A stretch of 64,000 nt of DNA from Sedimentisphaeraceae bacterium JB056 (lineage in GTDB: Bacteria; Planctomycetota; Phycisphaerae; Sedimentisphaerales; Sedimentisphaeraceae), in assembly GCA_044440125.1 (NCBI GenBank), contig JBITAJ010000017.1:102173-166172 (forward strand), given 5' to 3'. Every line of letters starts with the position of its first letter. The first letter of the stretch is position 1. A program made the position numbers and the translations under genes. Shown in pieces: positions 10,170 to 20,227 of this stretch. The notes under the pieces are model-generated. The model was not told where the DNA came from, searched no databases, and saw nothing but the letters and a program-made list of their open reading frames with translations.

Positions 10170-10787
10170 TTAGTCTGCGTATTTTACTGAACAGCCATAC
10201 GGCTTGACTTCAGGAGTAGAGACTTCTTTACCGGCTAAAAGCTCATCAAGAGCTTTTCCTACATAATTGACTATTTCTTCTTTGTTGCCGGCAGGGTCAT
10301 CGTCAATGGCTCCGTGATAGGCTATTTGCCCGGAAGTGTCGATAATGAACATGTGAGGCGTAGTTTTGGCTCCATAAAGTTTCCCTACTTTGCCGTCACT
10401 GTCATCAAGAACAGGATATTTCAGACCCCATTGCTCAACGAATTTCTTGTTCATCTCAGTGTCGGCGTAGTTGGTACTGTTTATTGTAAGCCATACAACG
10501 CCTTTAGGCATATACTTGTTAGCAAGAGTTGTCATTGTCTCTGCTTTGTAATGCCTCTTGACGAATGGACAGTCTGGATTTGTCCATTCAAGCACGATTA
10601 TCTTGCCTTCGTAATCCTTGAGAGAGAGCGTGTTTCCCAGATGATCTGTTAAAGTAAAATCGGGGGCTGCAATTTCTGAGACTTTCTGCTCGTTTTGAGG
10701 CTCATCGGCGACAGTTCTTTCTTTGCATCCTATCAGTAAAATACACGTAACTAAAACGATAGATAAGATTTTTAGTGAAGTTCTCAT
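10170..10787 (-). CDS. Thioredoxin-fold (AhpC/TSA, peroxiredoxin-like) lipoprotein
   Basis: Lipobox LIGC; APDFTL, EWTNPDCPFV, TTPHMF, YHGAIDD, PYGCSVKY. Confidence 0.9.
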   Translation of the reverse strand: MRTSLKILSIVLVTCILLIGCKERTVADEPQNEQKVSEIAAPDFTLTDHLGNTLSLKDYEGKIIVLEWTNPDCPFVKRHYKAETMTTLANKYMPKGVVWLTINSTNYADTEMNKKFVEQWGLKYPVLDDSDGKVGKLYGAKTTPHMFIIDTSGQIAYHGAIDDDPAGNKEEIVNYVGKALDELLAGKEVSTPEVKPYGCSVKYAD

Positions 10788-10877
10788 GTTTTCTCCTTTC
10801 TTCTCAAAAAAATCTATATTTCTTGTTATAATTACGAGTTTTTACCTTTATGTGTTCGCATAAATAGTTTCATGGTG

Positions 10878-12116
10878 TTATTGTCGTCCTATGGCGGATT
10901 TTGCGGCAAGAACAGATGTGGAAAATGCTATCTGGAGATTGTACCCTCCGCAAGGACCATCAATATTCATTACTTCACCGGCAAAGAAAAGGCCGGGGCA
11001 TTTCTCTGATTCCATAGTTTTGGGATTTATCTGTTCTATACAAACTCCGCCTCTTGTTACAGTCGCGTTTTCTACCGGTTTAAGTGCAGTTACTGTGAGG
11101 GGAAGTTTTTTGATCTTCTTTGTAAGTTCGAGACGGGCTTTCTTTGACAGTGAAGCTGCTTTGATTGAAGGTTTTATGTCTGCCAGTTTAGAGATTTCCG
11201 AGGTAATAGAACGGGGAAGTTTTTCGGAAAGAAGGTTTGTTAACTCTTTTTTAGGATTATCTTCACAAAGAGTATTGAGCCATGAAGCAATCTTGTCTTC
11301 CTGAATGTCAGGCATGAGGTCTACTGTTATACTTACACTTCCGCTATTGAGTCGCGGAAGAATCTGTCTGCTGAAATTCAAAACGGCAGGTCCGCCAATT
11401 CCATCACTTGTAAATATCAGCGGTCCGGTCAACTGGTTTTTCTTTTTATCACCATCAATGAGCAATGACACCTTTGATATGCCAACTCCGGCGAGTCTGC
11501 CGACCCAGTATTCTTTTGTTACGAGGGGGGCAAGGCAGCTTTGAGGTTTTTTTATAGTATGTCCAAGCTGTTCGGCAAATTTGTACCCATCACCGGTACA
11601 TCCGGTCTTAGGATACGAAAGCCCGCCTGTGGCTATTATCACTTTTTCAGCTTCTATCTGACCTGCATTGTGTTTCACAATGAATGCGTTATTGGTTTTA
11701 ATCAGCTCTGTTACAGCTTTATCATAGAAAAAGCGTGTTCCTTCTTCTGCGGCCTTAGAGCATAGTGCCTGCTTGATGTCCAATGCTTTCTGGCTTTTTG
11801 GGAATACGCTTCCATCAGGTTCAGTTATTGTATCTATCCCTAATTGAGAAAGAAACTCTATCATGTTATCGGGAGAAAACTCGTAAATGCTGTGACGCAG
11901 AAAACGGTCGAAAGGGCTGCAGACATTTGCGAAATCTCTGGGAGATGCTCTATGTGTAACATTGCATCTTGAGCCTCCGGTGATAAGAAGTTTTCGTCCT
12001 GCTGTTGTATTTTTCTCGAATAGGGCCGTTTGTGCACCTGATTGCGATGCGGTTATTGCCGCCATTAGCCCGGCGGCTCCGGCGCCGATTATGCAAAGGT
12101 CATATTTTTTATTCAT
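10878..12116 (-). CDS. HI0933/BaiN family NAD(P)/FAD-dependent oxidoreductase
   Basis: GAGAAG, GRKLLITGGSRCNVT, ATGGLSYPKTG, ATVTRGGV, GGYNLQ. Confidence 0.93.
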   Translation of the reverse strand: MNKKYDLCIIGAGAAGLMAAITASQSGAQTALFEKNTTAGRKLLITGGSRCNVTHRASPRDFANVCSPFDRFLRHSIYEFSPDNMIEFLSQLGIDTITEPDGSVFPKSQKALDIKQALCSKAAEEGTRFFYDKAVTELIKTNNAFIVKHNAGQIEAEKVIIATGGLSYPKTGCTGDGYKFAEQLGHTIKKPQSCLAPLVTKEYWVGRLAGVGISKVSLLIDGDKKKNQLTGPLIFTSDGIGGPAVLNFSRQILPRLNSGSVSITVDLMPDIQEDKIASWLNTLCEDNPKKELTNLLSEKLPRSITSEISKLADIKPSIKAASLSKKARLELTKKIKKLPLTVTALKPVENATVTRGGVCIEQINPKTMESEKCPGLFFAGEVMNIDGPCGGYNLQIAFSTSVLAAKSAIGRQ

Positions 12117-12143
12117 GTTTATCAGATGATTCTGAATCCAGTA

Positions 12144-14423
12144 TTATTCCCCAGGCTCTACAACGCCTTTGAGAAATAGGTAGCTCTCTGGAGAGATTCG
12201 GCTTACGGGTTCTTGATCAGGATACATTTTTGCGAATTTCTTCCTGAACATTTTTTCAATTTGAAGTGCCGCAGCAAATTCGTTATTGGCCTCTTCCGGC
12301 CTATCCTGCAGAAACAGTATTTTGCCAAGTTCGAGATGAAGTTCTGACTTACCGGGGTATCTTGCTAATGCCATTCTGTAAGCGTCTTCAGCTTCAATAA
12401 GCAGCGTTTTTCTCTTGTAAGTTTGTGTGTTGCCAGCCATTTCCCAGCGTACTTTGCCGAGATTCATGTAGTTCTTGAAATCAGCAGGATTTTTCTTTAT
12501 AGCCATGCTGAAATATTTCTCCGCCAATGCCAGATTGTTCTTGTTTTGTACTGTTTCATATTCGTTCCATAGTACTTTGGCGATAAATGGCGACATAGTG
12601 CAATCAAAAGGATCGCAGTTTCCTGCCTGGGTTATGTACTCAACATTCAGCTTTTTGTGAGCGAATGCTTTATGCAGTTTTGTAGTAGCACATATAACCG
12701 GCAAGTAACCAAGCCAGATGATAACTACTAAGCCGGCAATACCCAGAGCAGAGATTATTATTGCGTCAGGCCGGTCTATCTGAATCAGCCAACCGAAACT
12801 ATTCTGTCTGTATTTGCTTATTGAAACAAAGCATGCTGTGCTAAGGAACAACATACACATTACACCCGGTTCAAAGATGGCAAAGTCTATCAGATTATGT
12901 ATCAGCATTGCGATTATGCCGCAAAACATTGCCGCCTGCATATATTCAATATCAATATCTTTGTCGATTGCTTTGTCAAGCAGCCATATAGTCAACAGTA
13001 AGATAAATGCCGGGGCAGCATACATCACTATCATTATATACAACATTACACCTGTGTCGTCGGTTCCTTCCACTGGTATTAGGAGAGGTCTTATGATGAA
13101 TAAAATCAGTGTTATAAGACCTGCGATAGAGTATCTTAATATCTTCCTGTCAGTCGAAGTGTCTTGAATTGTGATGTTTTCAGGGTGTTCTATCTTGATT
13201 TTCGGCATTATTACTTTTGTCAAGGGTATGAATATCAGAAGCCCGAATCCTATCAAACCGAATATGCCGTATTGTGCTGCGATACTTAAAATCATATTGT
13301 GAGGGTCAAGTACGGTTTCTATTGCAGCCGGTTGCTTATAAAGTGTGTAATAATAGCCGAAGTTGCCTCCTCCGATTCCTGCCAGGAAGTTGTCAGCTAT
13401 TATTCTTGCTGCTGCGAACCAGTATTCAGCCCTGACAAGCATTGAGTTACCGCCTGGAAGGTAAGCTGTCTTTGCCGCATAACCTGTTATTATTACTAAT
13501 AATAGTCCGCCTCCGAGAAAGGTTGTCATGAACAATATATTACGTTTTCCAGCAATCAGTTTATTGAAATATGTCCATGCCAACAGCATCATTACCCCAA
13601 TTAAGCAAGCCAGACCCGCTCCTTTGCTTGTTGAAGCGATGAAACAGGCTATCTGAACGACCAATATGAAACCTATTATTGCAATATCAATGGGGTTTTG
13701 TTTTGTTCTAAGAAATTTCCTGAATTTTCCGGCCATCAAACCTACTGTTGTAAACCCGGTTAGTATCAGAAATGACCCCAAGGAGTTGCCAGTGGTAAAA
13801 TAGCCCTTGATGTCTTTTGAATAAAGTCTGTGTTCGTATAGAAATGCTTGAAGGGTGCCTGGCTCAATTCCGATTTTATTTAGTTGTATTTCCGGATTCT
13901 CTTCGTATTGCTCTATCATATAGTCGTTGCTGGTCGTGAATTGATTGAAGCTTTCGTAGCAGTTTACGACGGCAAGTGATGCAATTATTATGGCAACGAA
14001 TCGTATTGTAGATATTCTCTTGAGCATTTGAACCATAAATATACCGATTATGATTCCGCTGGCGAGTGTTAGATAGGCGTTTATTGATGCGCGGCTATCT
14101 GAAGCGAAAAATGTCGCTAACCCTGCTGCAAGGGTTAATATTGTAAAGCCTGTTATGAACCCGCTAATTCTGAATGTGAATTCTCCTCTTATCAGGTTTA
14201 CTGTTGCCCATATTGCAGCTGTTAATATTATCAAAATAGAGAATGTAAGACTTTGTGATATTGAAACATAATCAATTAGTATTGACAGGCCTGAGGATGT
14301 GAGTGATTCAGTGTGAGTGCAGCGTAATGCTATTATGCACAAAACTATGCTTAGGAGTATATACTCAAAGCGTCTTTGAAAAGTACTTCTTTCATCTGGT
14401 TGGGTTAGTCGTCTGATACGCAT
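12144..14423 (-). CDS. O-antigen ligase (Wzy_C) family membrane protein with C-terminal TPRs
   Basis: Many TM helices; R..YW, GIGGGNF, DPHN motif; soluble TPR-like C-terminus. Confidence 0.8.
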   Translation of the reverse strand: MRIRRLTQPDERSTFQRRFEYILLSIVLCIIALRCTHTESLTSSGLSILIDYVSISQSLTFSILIILTAAIWATVNLIRGEFTFRISGFITGFTILTLAAGLATFFASDSRASINAYLTLASGIIIGIFMVQMLKRISTIRFVAIIIASLAVVNCYESFNQFTTSNDYMIEQYEENPEIQLNKIGIEPGTLQAFLYEHRLYSKDIKGYFTTGNSLGSFLILTGFTTVGLMAGKFRKFLRTKQNPIDIAIIGFILVVQIACFIASTSKGAGLACLIGVMMLLAWTYFNKLIAGKRNILFMTTFLGGGLLLVIITGYAAKTAYLPGGNSMLVRAEYWFAAARIIADNFLAGIGGGNFGYYYTLYKQPAAIETVLDPHNMILSIAAQYGIFGLIGFGLLIFIPLTKVIMPKIKIEHPENITIQDTSTDRKILRYSIAGLITLILFIIRPLLIPVEGTDDTGVMLYIMIVMYAAPAFILLLTIWLLDKAIDKDIDIEYMQAAMFCGIIAMLIHNLIDFAIFEPGVMCMLFLSTACFVSISKYRQNSFGWLIQIDRPDAIIISALGIAGLVVIIWLGYLPVICATTKLHKAFAHKKLNVEYITQAGNCDPFDCTMSPFIAKVLWNEYETVQNKNNLALAEKYFSMAIKKNPADFKNYMNLGKVRWEMAGNTQTYKRKTLLIEAEDAYRMALARYPGKSELHLELGKILFLQDRPEEANNEFAAALQIEKMFRKKFAKMYPDQEPVSRISPESYLFLKGVVEPGE

Positions 14424-15460
14424 TTTATGCCTGTTGTTTCAAGAATAGCGATTATCAAGAGTATCATTATTGTTTGTATAAATATAATTATTGCTTGCGG
14501 CATTGTCGCCTGAAATAAAAATACTGCTCCAAGCCCGGTACAGAGCGTTGCAAGGTAAAGTGTCAGTGCTACTTGCGTGTCGCTGAGGCCACGGCGTTTT
14601 AAACGGTGTGAAAAATGCTGCGTGTCACCTACAAAGGGGCTTTTGCCTTGTTTAAGTCTTAAAAGAGTTACGCTTAAGAAGTCGTAAAGCGGTACGGCCA
14701 TGGCAATCAGCGGTACGAACACCGCCGCAGGTGCCTGAGCTCCACTTCCTTGATGGTAATAGGTTGTTTTGAGCGTCATTGCGCCTACGGCAAATCCTAT
14801 TACGAATGATCCGGCATCACCCATGAATATTTTTGCGGGTGGAAAGTTGAAAGCCAGAAATCCTGCCAGTGCTCCGATAACAACGAGCATAAATACAGCA
14901 TTGGCTCTTTCTCCGCTGATGATAGCTGAACTGCATAGAATTGATATTGAGATAGCTGCTATTCCAGCTGAAAGTCCGTCCATATTGTCGAGAAAGTTGA
15001 ATGCGTTTATTAATAAAACTATCCAGAAGGCACTCATGCATGTAGTGATGATCTTGTTTTCAATGAACAGTTCTACTCTTACGTCTGCCCAAATTGCGGC
15101 AATTATTGCAACCGCGAACTGGATTATGAGCTTGAATAAAGGGCTTAGGTGTTTTATGTCATCTACTAAACCAAGGATGAAAAGTATGGTTATCAGTACC
15201 GTTATGATTGCGAAATTGAGGCCTTCGGATGAGTCAATTCCAAGTCTGCCGATTAGCAGGCATCCTGTCGTTGTGAATGCGGCTATTGTGAAGAATATAC
15301 CGATGCCGCCTCCCAGAGCTATGATGTTCTGGTTGTAGCGGTCAGCTCTTGGCATTGATACAAACCCCCTCTTTAGAGATATGTAACGAACAACAGCAGT
15401 TGCCGCAAGAGCTGTTAAAAATGCCGGTATGAGCGTTTTAAGTATCAAACTTACACCCAT
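14405..15460 (-). CDS. Undecaprenyl-phosphate GlcNAc-1-P transferase (WecA/TagO, MraY family)
   Basis: LGGG, GLVDD, NAFNFLDNMDGL, NFPPAKIFMGDAGS, HFSHRL. Confidence 0.93.
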   Translation of the reverse strand: MGVSLILKTLIPAFLTALAATAVVRYISLKRGFVSMPRADRYNQNIIALGGGIGIFFTIAAFTTTGCLLIGRLGIDSSEGLNFAIITVLITILFILGLVDDIKHLSPLFKLIIQFAVAIIAAIWADVRVELFIENKIITTCMSAFWIVLLINAFNFLDNMDGLSAGIAAISISILCSSAIISGERANAVFMLVVIGALAGFLAFNFPPAKIFMGDAGSFVIGFAVGAMTLKTTYYHQGSGAQAPAAVFVPLIAMAVPLYDFLSVTLLRLKQGKSPFVGDTQHFSHRLKRRGLSDTQVALTLYLATLCTGLGAVFLFQATMPQAIIIFIQTIMILLIIAILETTGIKCVSDD

Positions 15461-15752
15461 GATACGAATTATGCCTTCAATGTTCCTGTTAATATTTTTT
15501 AATGTTTCAGATTGGCAGTTTCAGGCTTATAATACCCATAATAATACCTATTATCGCCAAATAATACCATAATAGGAATTGTGAAACAAGTATATTCTTA
15601 ATAGTGGTTTTATTCTTGACTTTGAGGTTGGGTTAGGCTAAATTCGTTTTATGGCTGGTATGGTCTTGCTATGCACCAAATCATTGGGAGGCCTCAAGCC
15701 ATTTTATATTTTGGATACGATTTATACTCTAAGTACGAAAAGGTATTTATAT

Positions 15753-16079
15753 ATGATTCAGTGCAAAGATTGTGAATATTACAGTATTGGTCCTGATGGG
15801 AGCCGTGTTTTTAAGTGCAATCCGTTTGAAAATATCATAGAGCCCGAATGCCTGCAGAAGTGGCAGTTGATGCGGCTTGATATGATGCTTGCGACCCAGC
15901 AAAGTCTCTATCAGAGTAATCAAAAGCTCGCTCCATTGCAGGATAAGCTTATAAAGTATGTTGAGCGGGAAATTGATGATATTGATGAGGCAGATAGCTG
16001 GAAATACGGCGATGATGAATTTGAGGTTGATGATGAATACGAAGATGATGATTACGATGATTTTGATTTTAGAAAATGA
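15753..16079 (+). CDS. Small hypothetical protein with Cys motif and acidic tail
   Basis: RBS aaaggt, ATG 15753; CKDC...C...C then D/E-rich C-terminus. Confidence 0.7.
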   Translation: MIQCKDCEYYSIGPDGSRVFKCNPFENIIEPECLQKWQLMRLDMMLATQQSLYQSNQKLAPLQDKLIKYVEREIDDIDEADSWKYGDDEFEVDDEYEDDDYDDFDFRK

Positions 16080-16175
16080 GTAGGGTGGTGTAAATATTAC
16101 GATTTGATTAGTTATTTTTGAAAATCAGATTGACTTGGTTTTCTTTGTAAATAAAATAGACCGCTTAAAATCAAA

Positions 16176-16250
16176 CGGGGTGTGGCTCAGCTTGGCTAGA
16201 GCGTTGCGTTCGGGACGCAAAGGTCGGAGGTTCGAATCCTCTCACCCCGA
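16176..16250 (+). tRNA. tRNA-Pro (CGG)
   Basis: Acceptor cggggtg/caccccg, anticodon arm ttgcg-ttCGGga-cgcaa, T-loop ggttcgaatcc; CCA not encoded. Confidence 0.97.
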
Positions 16251-16254
16251 TTTG

Positions 16255-16293
16255 AAAGCCGCAGGTAGACGATATCTACCTGCGGCTTTTTTT
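16255..16293 (+). terminator. Rho-independent terminator after tRNA-Pro
   Basis: aaagccgcaggtaga-cgata-tctacctgcggc followed by ttttttt. Confidence 0.9.
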
Positions 16294-16503
16294 ATAATTA
16301 GGCCTGCTACTGGCAGAAAAGATACATATAAATGCTTAAACAGGTTTAGTATGAAGTGTTTATTGTTTGATTTTATAAGTCTATTATTCATAGTGTTTTG
16401 TGTTGAAATATTGTTTTGTGCTTGTAAAATTGTTATTTTATATTACTCTTTTAGTCTGATGTAAGGGTTTCATTCACCCGGTATTCTGAAGAGTGTGAAT
16501 ATA

Positions 16504-17517
16504 ATGAGCAAAAGACGTACAACTTTAATTAATATATCTCAATATCTTATCATTTTATTGATACTGCTTTCGATATATGGGGCGTTTATTGGTGCGGAAA
16601 GGGCAAAGAGTCTTTTTAACAGTACTCTAATGATTGTTTTATGGGTGTCAATACTGCTTATTTTCATAATAGGTTCTGTAGTATTCAGTTCCCTCAGAAA
16701 GAATGTTTCTCTCGCACTTATCCATATCGCGCCGGTCCTGATAATAATTGGTGGAATGATTGGTTCAGAGAAGGGGCATCAACTCCAGAAGAAATATCTT
16801 GGTATTGAAAAAGCGTATTACGGTACCATGCTCATATATGAAGGTTCTGAGTCTGATAAGATATATTTAGATGGCAATTCCTTTGTTCAGCTTCCGTTTT
16901 CATTGAAACTTCGTGATTTTAAGGTGTTGTATTACCAAAAGGATACTCTATACCTTGATGCTGGCGGCGGCGATATACAGTCTTATGATCTTGGTGATGA
17001 TTCTTCCATAGTGTTTGAAGACGGTACGAGGCTTGAAGTTGTAAAGAGATTTGATAATCTAAGAGTAGATCTTAATGGTAAAGATCGACAGATAATTGAT
17101 AAGCCCGGCGAGGGGCTTAATTATGCTGCACAGGTTCGGATAATCTATCCTAACGGCAAGACGATTACAAGATATGCCTTTAAGTCAGGCCTTGTTTCAG
17201 GGGGAGCTATGAGTGCTGATCATATTTCCTATCACAGGACTATAAGAGATTATATAAGTTCGATTGATGTTATAGAAGACGGTAAAACCATAAAAACTGC
17301 TGAGATTGAAGTAAATAAGCCGCTCCATTATGGAGGATATCACTTTTATCAGTCTTCTTATGATAGCAAAAGAGGGCAATATACCGTATTCTCAGTTCAT
17401 TCTGATTCCGGATCAATGATATCATATATTGGCTTTATAATGCTTGCAGTGGGTATATTCTGGAGATTTTGGTTCGGCAAGATTTTTGTGTTTAGAAAGG
17501 GGCTTAATGGAGATTAA
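16504..17517 (+). CDS. resB: Cytochrome c biogenesis protein ResB/Ccs1 (system II)
   Basis: Three N-terminal TMs with conserved His (LIHIA), periplasmic domain, EVNKPLHYGGYHFYQSSY, C-terminal TM; overlaps ccsA. Confidence 0.85.
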   Translation: MSKRRTTLINISQYLIILLILLSIYGAFIGAERAKSLFNSTLMIVLWVSILLIFIIGSVVFSSLRKNVSLALIHIAPVLIIIGGMIGSEKGHQLQKKYLGIEKAYYGTMLIYEGSESDKIYLDGNSFVQLPFSLKLRDFKVLYYQKDTLYLDAGGGDIQSYDLGDDSSIVFEDGTRLEVVKRFDNLRVDLNGKDRQIIDKPGEGLNYAAQVRIIYPNGKTITRYAFKSGLVSGGAMSADHISYHRTIRDYISSIDVIEDGKTIKTAEIEVNKPLHYGGYHFYQSSYDSKRGQYTVFSVHSDSGSMISYIGFIMLAVGIFWRFWFGKIFVFRKGLNGD

Positions 17518-18295
17518 GGCATCATTTTTAGGAGTGCTTCTGTATTCATCGTTGCTTCTTTATGCAATATCTGCAGTATTAATGACTGTCAGAGGTGTTA
17601 AAATTGGCAAGTTATTGTTTTTTTGGGGCTTTATATTCAATTTTTCTGCATTGATATATCGCTGGGTATCTGTAGACCATCTGCCTATGCAGACATTGTT
17701 TGAGATATTTCTATGGTTGACAGCTCTTGTTTACCCGCTTTCATGTTTCACTAAGAAATATATTGATTATGATACATTCAGACTTGATGTTTTCATTGCT
17801 CTTGTTCTTGTATTTCCTGCCGCTTTTGTGTTTGACGGTTCACCACGGCAGTTGCCCCCTGCTTTGCAATCGGCATTTTTTGGCCCGCATGTAGCGGCCT
17901 ATATGTTTTCATACGTATTAATGTTTAAGGCATCGGCTCTTTCTATATTAGCTATGTGGTCGCTCAATGATAAAAAAAACATGATAATGGCTGAGAAGAG
18001 GAGCTATAAGCTGGTTTGTCTGGGATTTCCGCTTTTAACTCTTGGTTTGCTTCTTGGTTGTTTTTGGGCAAAGGTTGCATGGGGCAGGTTCTGGGGATGG
18101 GACCCAAAGGAGCTCTGGTCGTTTATAAGTTGGCTTGCTTTTGTCCTATATTTTCACTATAGGTACCAGAATGGTACAAAAAGAGTTTTGATAAATCATT
18201 TGTTGGTCAATATAGGTATGTTTTTTATTGTTGTAACGCTTGTATGGGTCAATTTGTCAAGAATATTTACAGGTTTACACAATTACGCAAGCTAA
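17507..18295 (+). CDS. ccsA: Cytochrome c biogenesis protein CcsA/ResC
   Basis: WAKVAWGRFWGWDPKELWS tryptophan-rich motif, PALQS...HV, GLHNYA. Confidence 0.95.
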   Translation: MEIKASFLGVLLYSSLLLYAISAVLMTVRGVKIGKLLFFWGFIFNFSALIYRWVSVDHLPMQTLFEIFLWLTALVYPLSCFTKKYIDYDTFRLDVFIALVLVFPAAFVFDGSPRQLPPALQSAFFGPHVAAYMFSYVLMFKASALSILAMWSLNDKKNMIMAEKRSYKLVCLGFPLLTLGLLLGCFWAKVAWGRFWGWDPKELWSFISWLAFVLYFHYRYQNGTKRVLINHLLVNIGMFFIVVTLVWVNLSRIFTGLHNYAS

Positions 18296-18752
18296 TTTCT
18301 TATTTTTGTATCCATAATTGTGTTAGTGAAATATTAGGATATTTTCTTGGGATTTATGCAGTTAATTTGGTATAATATACACACATATTTATTAAGGTTT
18401 TATCCAAATCTATTTGCACGATTGTATTCATCCGATTTCACACTATAAAAATCCATAAATGTGAGAATATAATACAAACTATATTGCTCTTTTCGCGCCA
18501 ATAACTTGATTATTTGCCGTTAAAAGGCTCTTTTGTTTTTTTGCGGATATTAGTAAATGGTTTATATAATATATCATTAAGCTAAATCAGTGTATTTTTG
18601 AATAGTAAGCGATTTGCTATAATAGCTTACATAATATAGTTGGTGAGATTGTATATTAATCAACTATTTACAATTAACTGTTTATAGGACTTGTGTTATG
18701 TTTTGTGTTACAAGCCTGAAATGTAAAAGTTTTTGTTTTATAGCTTTTAGCG
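18296..18752 (+). promoter_or_regulatory. Long AT-rich intergenic/promoter region upstream of the glycan locus
   Basis: ~460 nt very AT-rich, no ORF, precedes a 20-kb co-directional gene run; exact promoter not identified. Confidence 0.5.
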
Positions 18753-18785
18753 ATGTTTTTACAAAGAGAGCTTAAAGGAATAGGG

Positions 18786-20192
18786 ATGTTAGAAAGTTTA
18801 AGAATAAGCCGTAGAGATTTTATGAGGCGTGCTGTTGTAGCAGCGAGTGCAGCAGGAGTCGGTTTGAGCGGTTTGTCTTGTGCTGGATCTCAGGGCTTTT
18901 CTGCAGATAAACGACCTAATATCATAGTTATAGTACCTGATGATCTCGGTTATCATGATCTTGGATGCCAGGGATGCGAAGATATTCCTACCCCCCACAT
19001 TGATTCAATAGCGGCCAACGGAGTTCGTTTTACTGATGCGTATGTAACTGCACCGGTATGCAGCCCGAGCAGGGCGGGACTTGTTACCGGCACCTATCAA
19101 CAGCGTTTCGGATATGAATACAATATAGGGGAGCCCGGCGAGGGAGAGGATCCCGATCCTACACGCGGAATACCCCAAAATATTAAAAATATCGCGGAAT
19201 ACCTCCAGCCTGCCGGTTATAACACTGCGGCTATAGGTAAATGGCACTTAGGTTTGACAGATGAATATTTGCCGAATAACCGCGGCTTTGATGAGTTTTT
19301 CGGATTCAGAGGCGGCTGTATTAATTATTATGAAGTTGATCCGCCTCAAAGCGGTGATGCTCTGGCCTGGTATCAGGATATGTACCGCAATAACAAGGTT
19401 ATCGAAGAGAAAGAATATCTGACGGATGCTTTTGCACGCGAGGCAGAGAAATTCATCAATAAGCAGAATGATGAGCCGTTTTTTATGTATCTCGCATTTA
19501 ATGCTGTTCATATGCCTTTACAGGCTACCCAAAAATATGAAGCCAGATTTGAGGGCAAGATAGATGATTCCACTCGCCTTACCTATGCTGCGATGACTTC
19601 AGCTATGGATGATGCCGTGGGCAGGGTGCTCAAAGCCTTGGAAAATAAGGGAATAACCGAAGATACGCTGATTTTCCTTGTAAATGACAATGGCGGCCCG
19701 CCTGATACAGGAGCAAGCAATGCTCCTCTCCGCGGCTGGAAATCACGGCTTTATGAGGGCGGTATAAGGGTGCCTGTATTAATGCAGTGGAAGGGCAAAA
19801 TACCTGCGGGAATGGTTTATTCCGAGCCGGTTATTTCCATTGATGTGGTTCCTACGGCACTTGCCGCCACTGATATAGAACCCGGAAAAAATGTTGAAGG
19901 CGTTAATTTGCTTCCTTATCTTACCGGCGATAAAACTGATGCACCCCACGATATGCTTTTCTGGCGTTATGGTAATGTATGGGCCGTTCGCAAGGGGAAA
20001 TGGAAAGCCTTAGGAAGAGAATCTACAGGGATTATAGCCCTTTACAATCTGGAAGAGGATATAAGAGAAAAAAATGTCGCAGAGCAATATCCTGATAAGG
20101 TTAAAGAGCTGCGTGAAGAATATTTGAAATGGAACAGTAAGAATACTGAAGCTGCATGGCCCAGACCGGTGAATTTCCCTACTGTGTCATGA
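18786..20192 (+). CDS. Formylglycine-dependent (S1) sulfatase, Tat-exported
   Basis: SRRDFM twin-arginine signal; DDLG, CSPSRAGL, GKWHLG, NDNGG, YEGGIRVP. Confidence 0.95.
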   Translation: MLESLRISRRDFMRRAVVAASAAGVGLSGLSCAGSQGFSADKRPNIIVIVPDDLGYHDLGCQGCEDIPTPHIDSIAANGVRFTDAYVTAPVCSPSRAGLVTGTYQQRFGYEYNIGEPGEGEDPDPTRGIPQNIKNIAEYLQPAGYNTAAIGKWHLGLTDEYLPNNRGFDEFFGFRGGCINYYEVDPPQSGDALAWYQDMYRNNKVIEEKEYLTDAFAREAEKFINKQNDEPFFMYLAFNAVHMPLQATQKYEARFEGKIDDSTRLTYAAMTSAMDDAVGRVLKALENKGITEDTLIFLVNDNGGPPDTGASNAPLRGWKSRLYEGGIRVPVLMQWKGKIPAGMVYSEPVISIDVVPTALAATDIEPGKNVEGVNLLPYLTGDKTDAPHDMLFWRYGNVWAVRKGKWKALGRESTGIIALYNLEEDIREKNVAEQYPDKVKELREEYLKWNSKNTEAAWPRPVNFPTVS

Positions 20193-20227
20193 ACTGAAAG
20201 TAAATAAATCATAAATAGGAGCTGATT

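Noticed and set aside
16135..16464. 109-aa ORF, and likewise 61489..61866
   Set aside because: They overlap tRNA genes and their terminators; spurious
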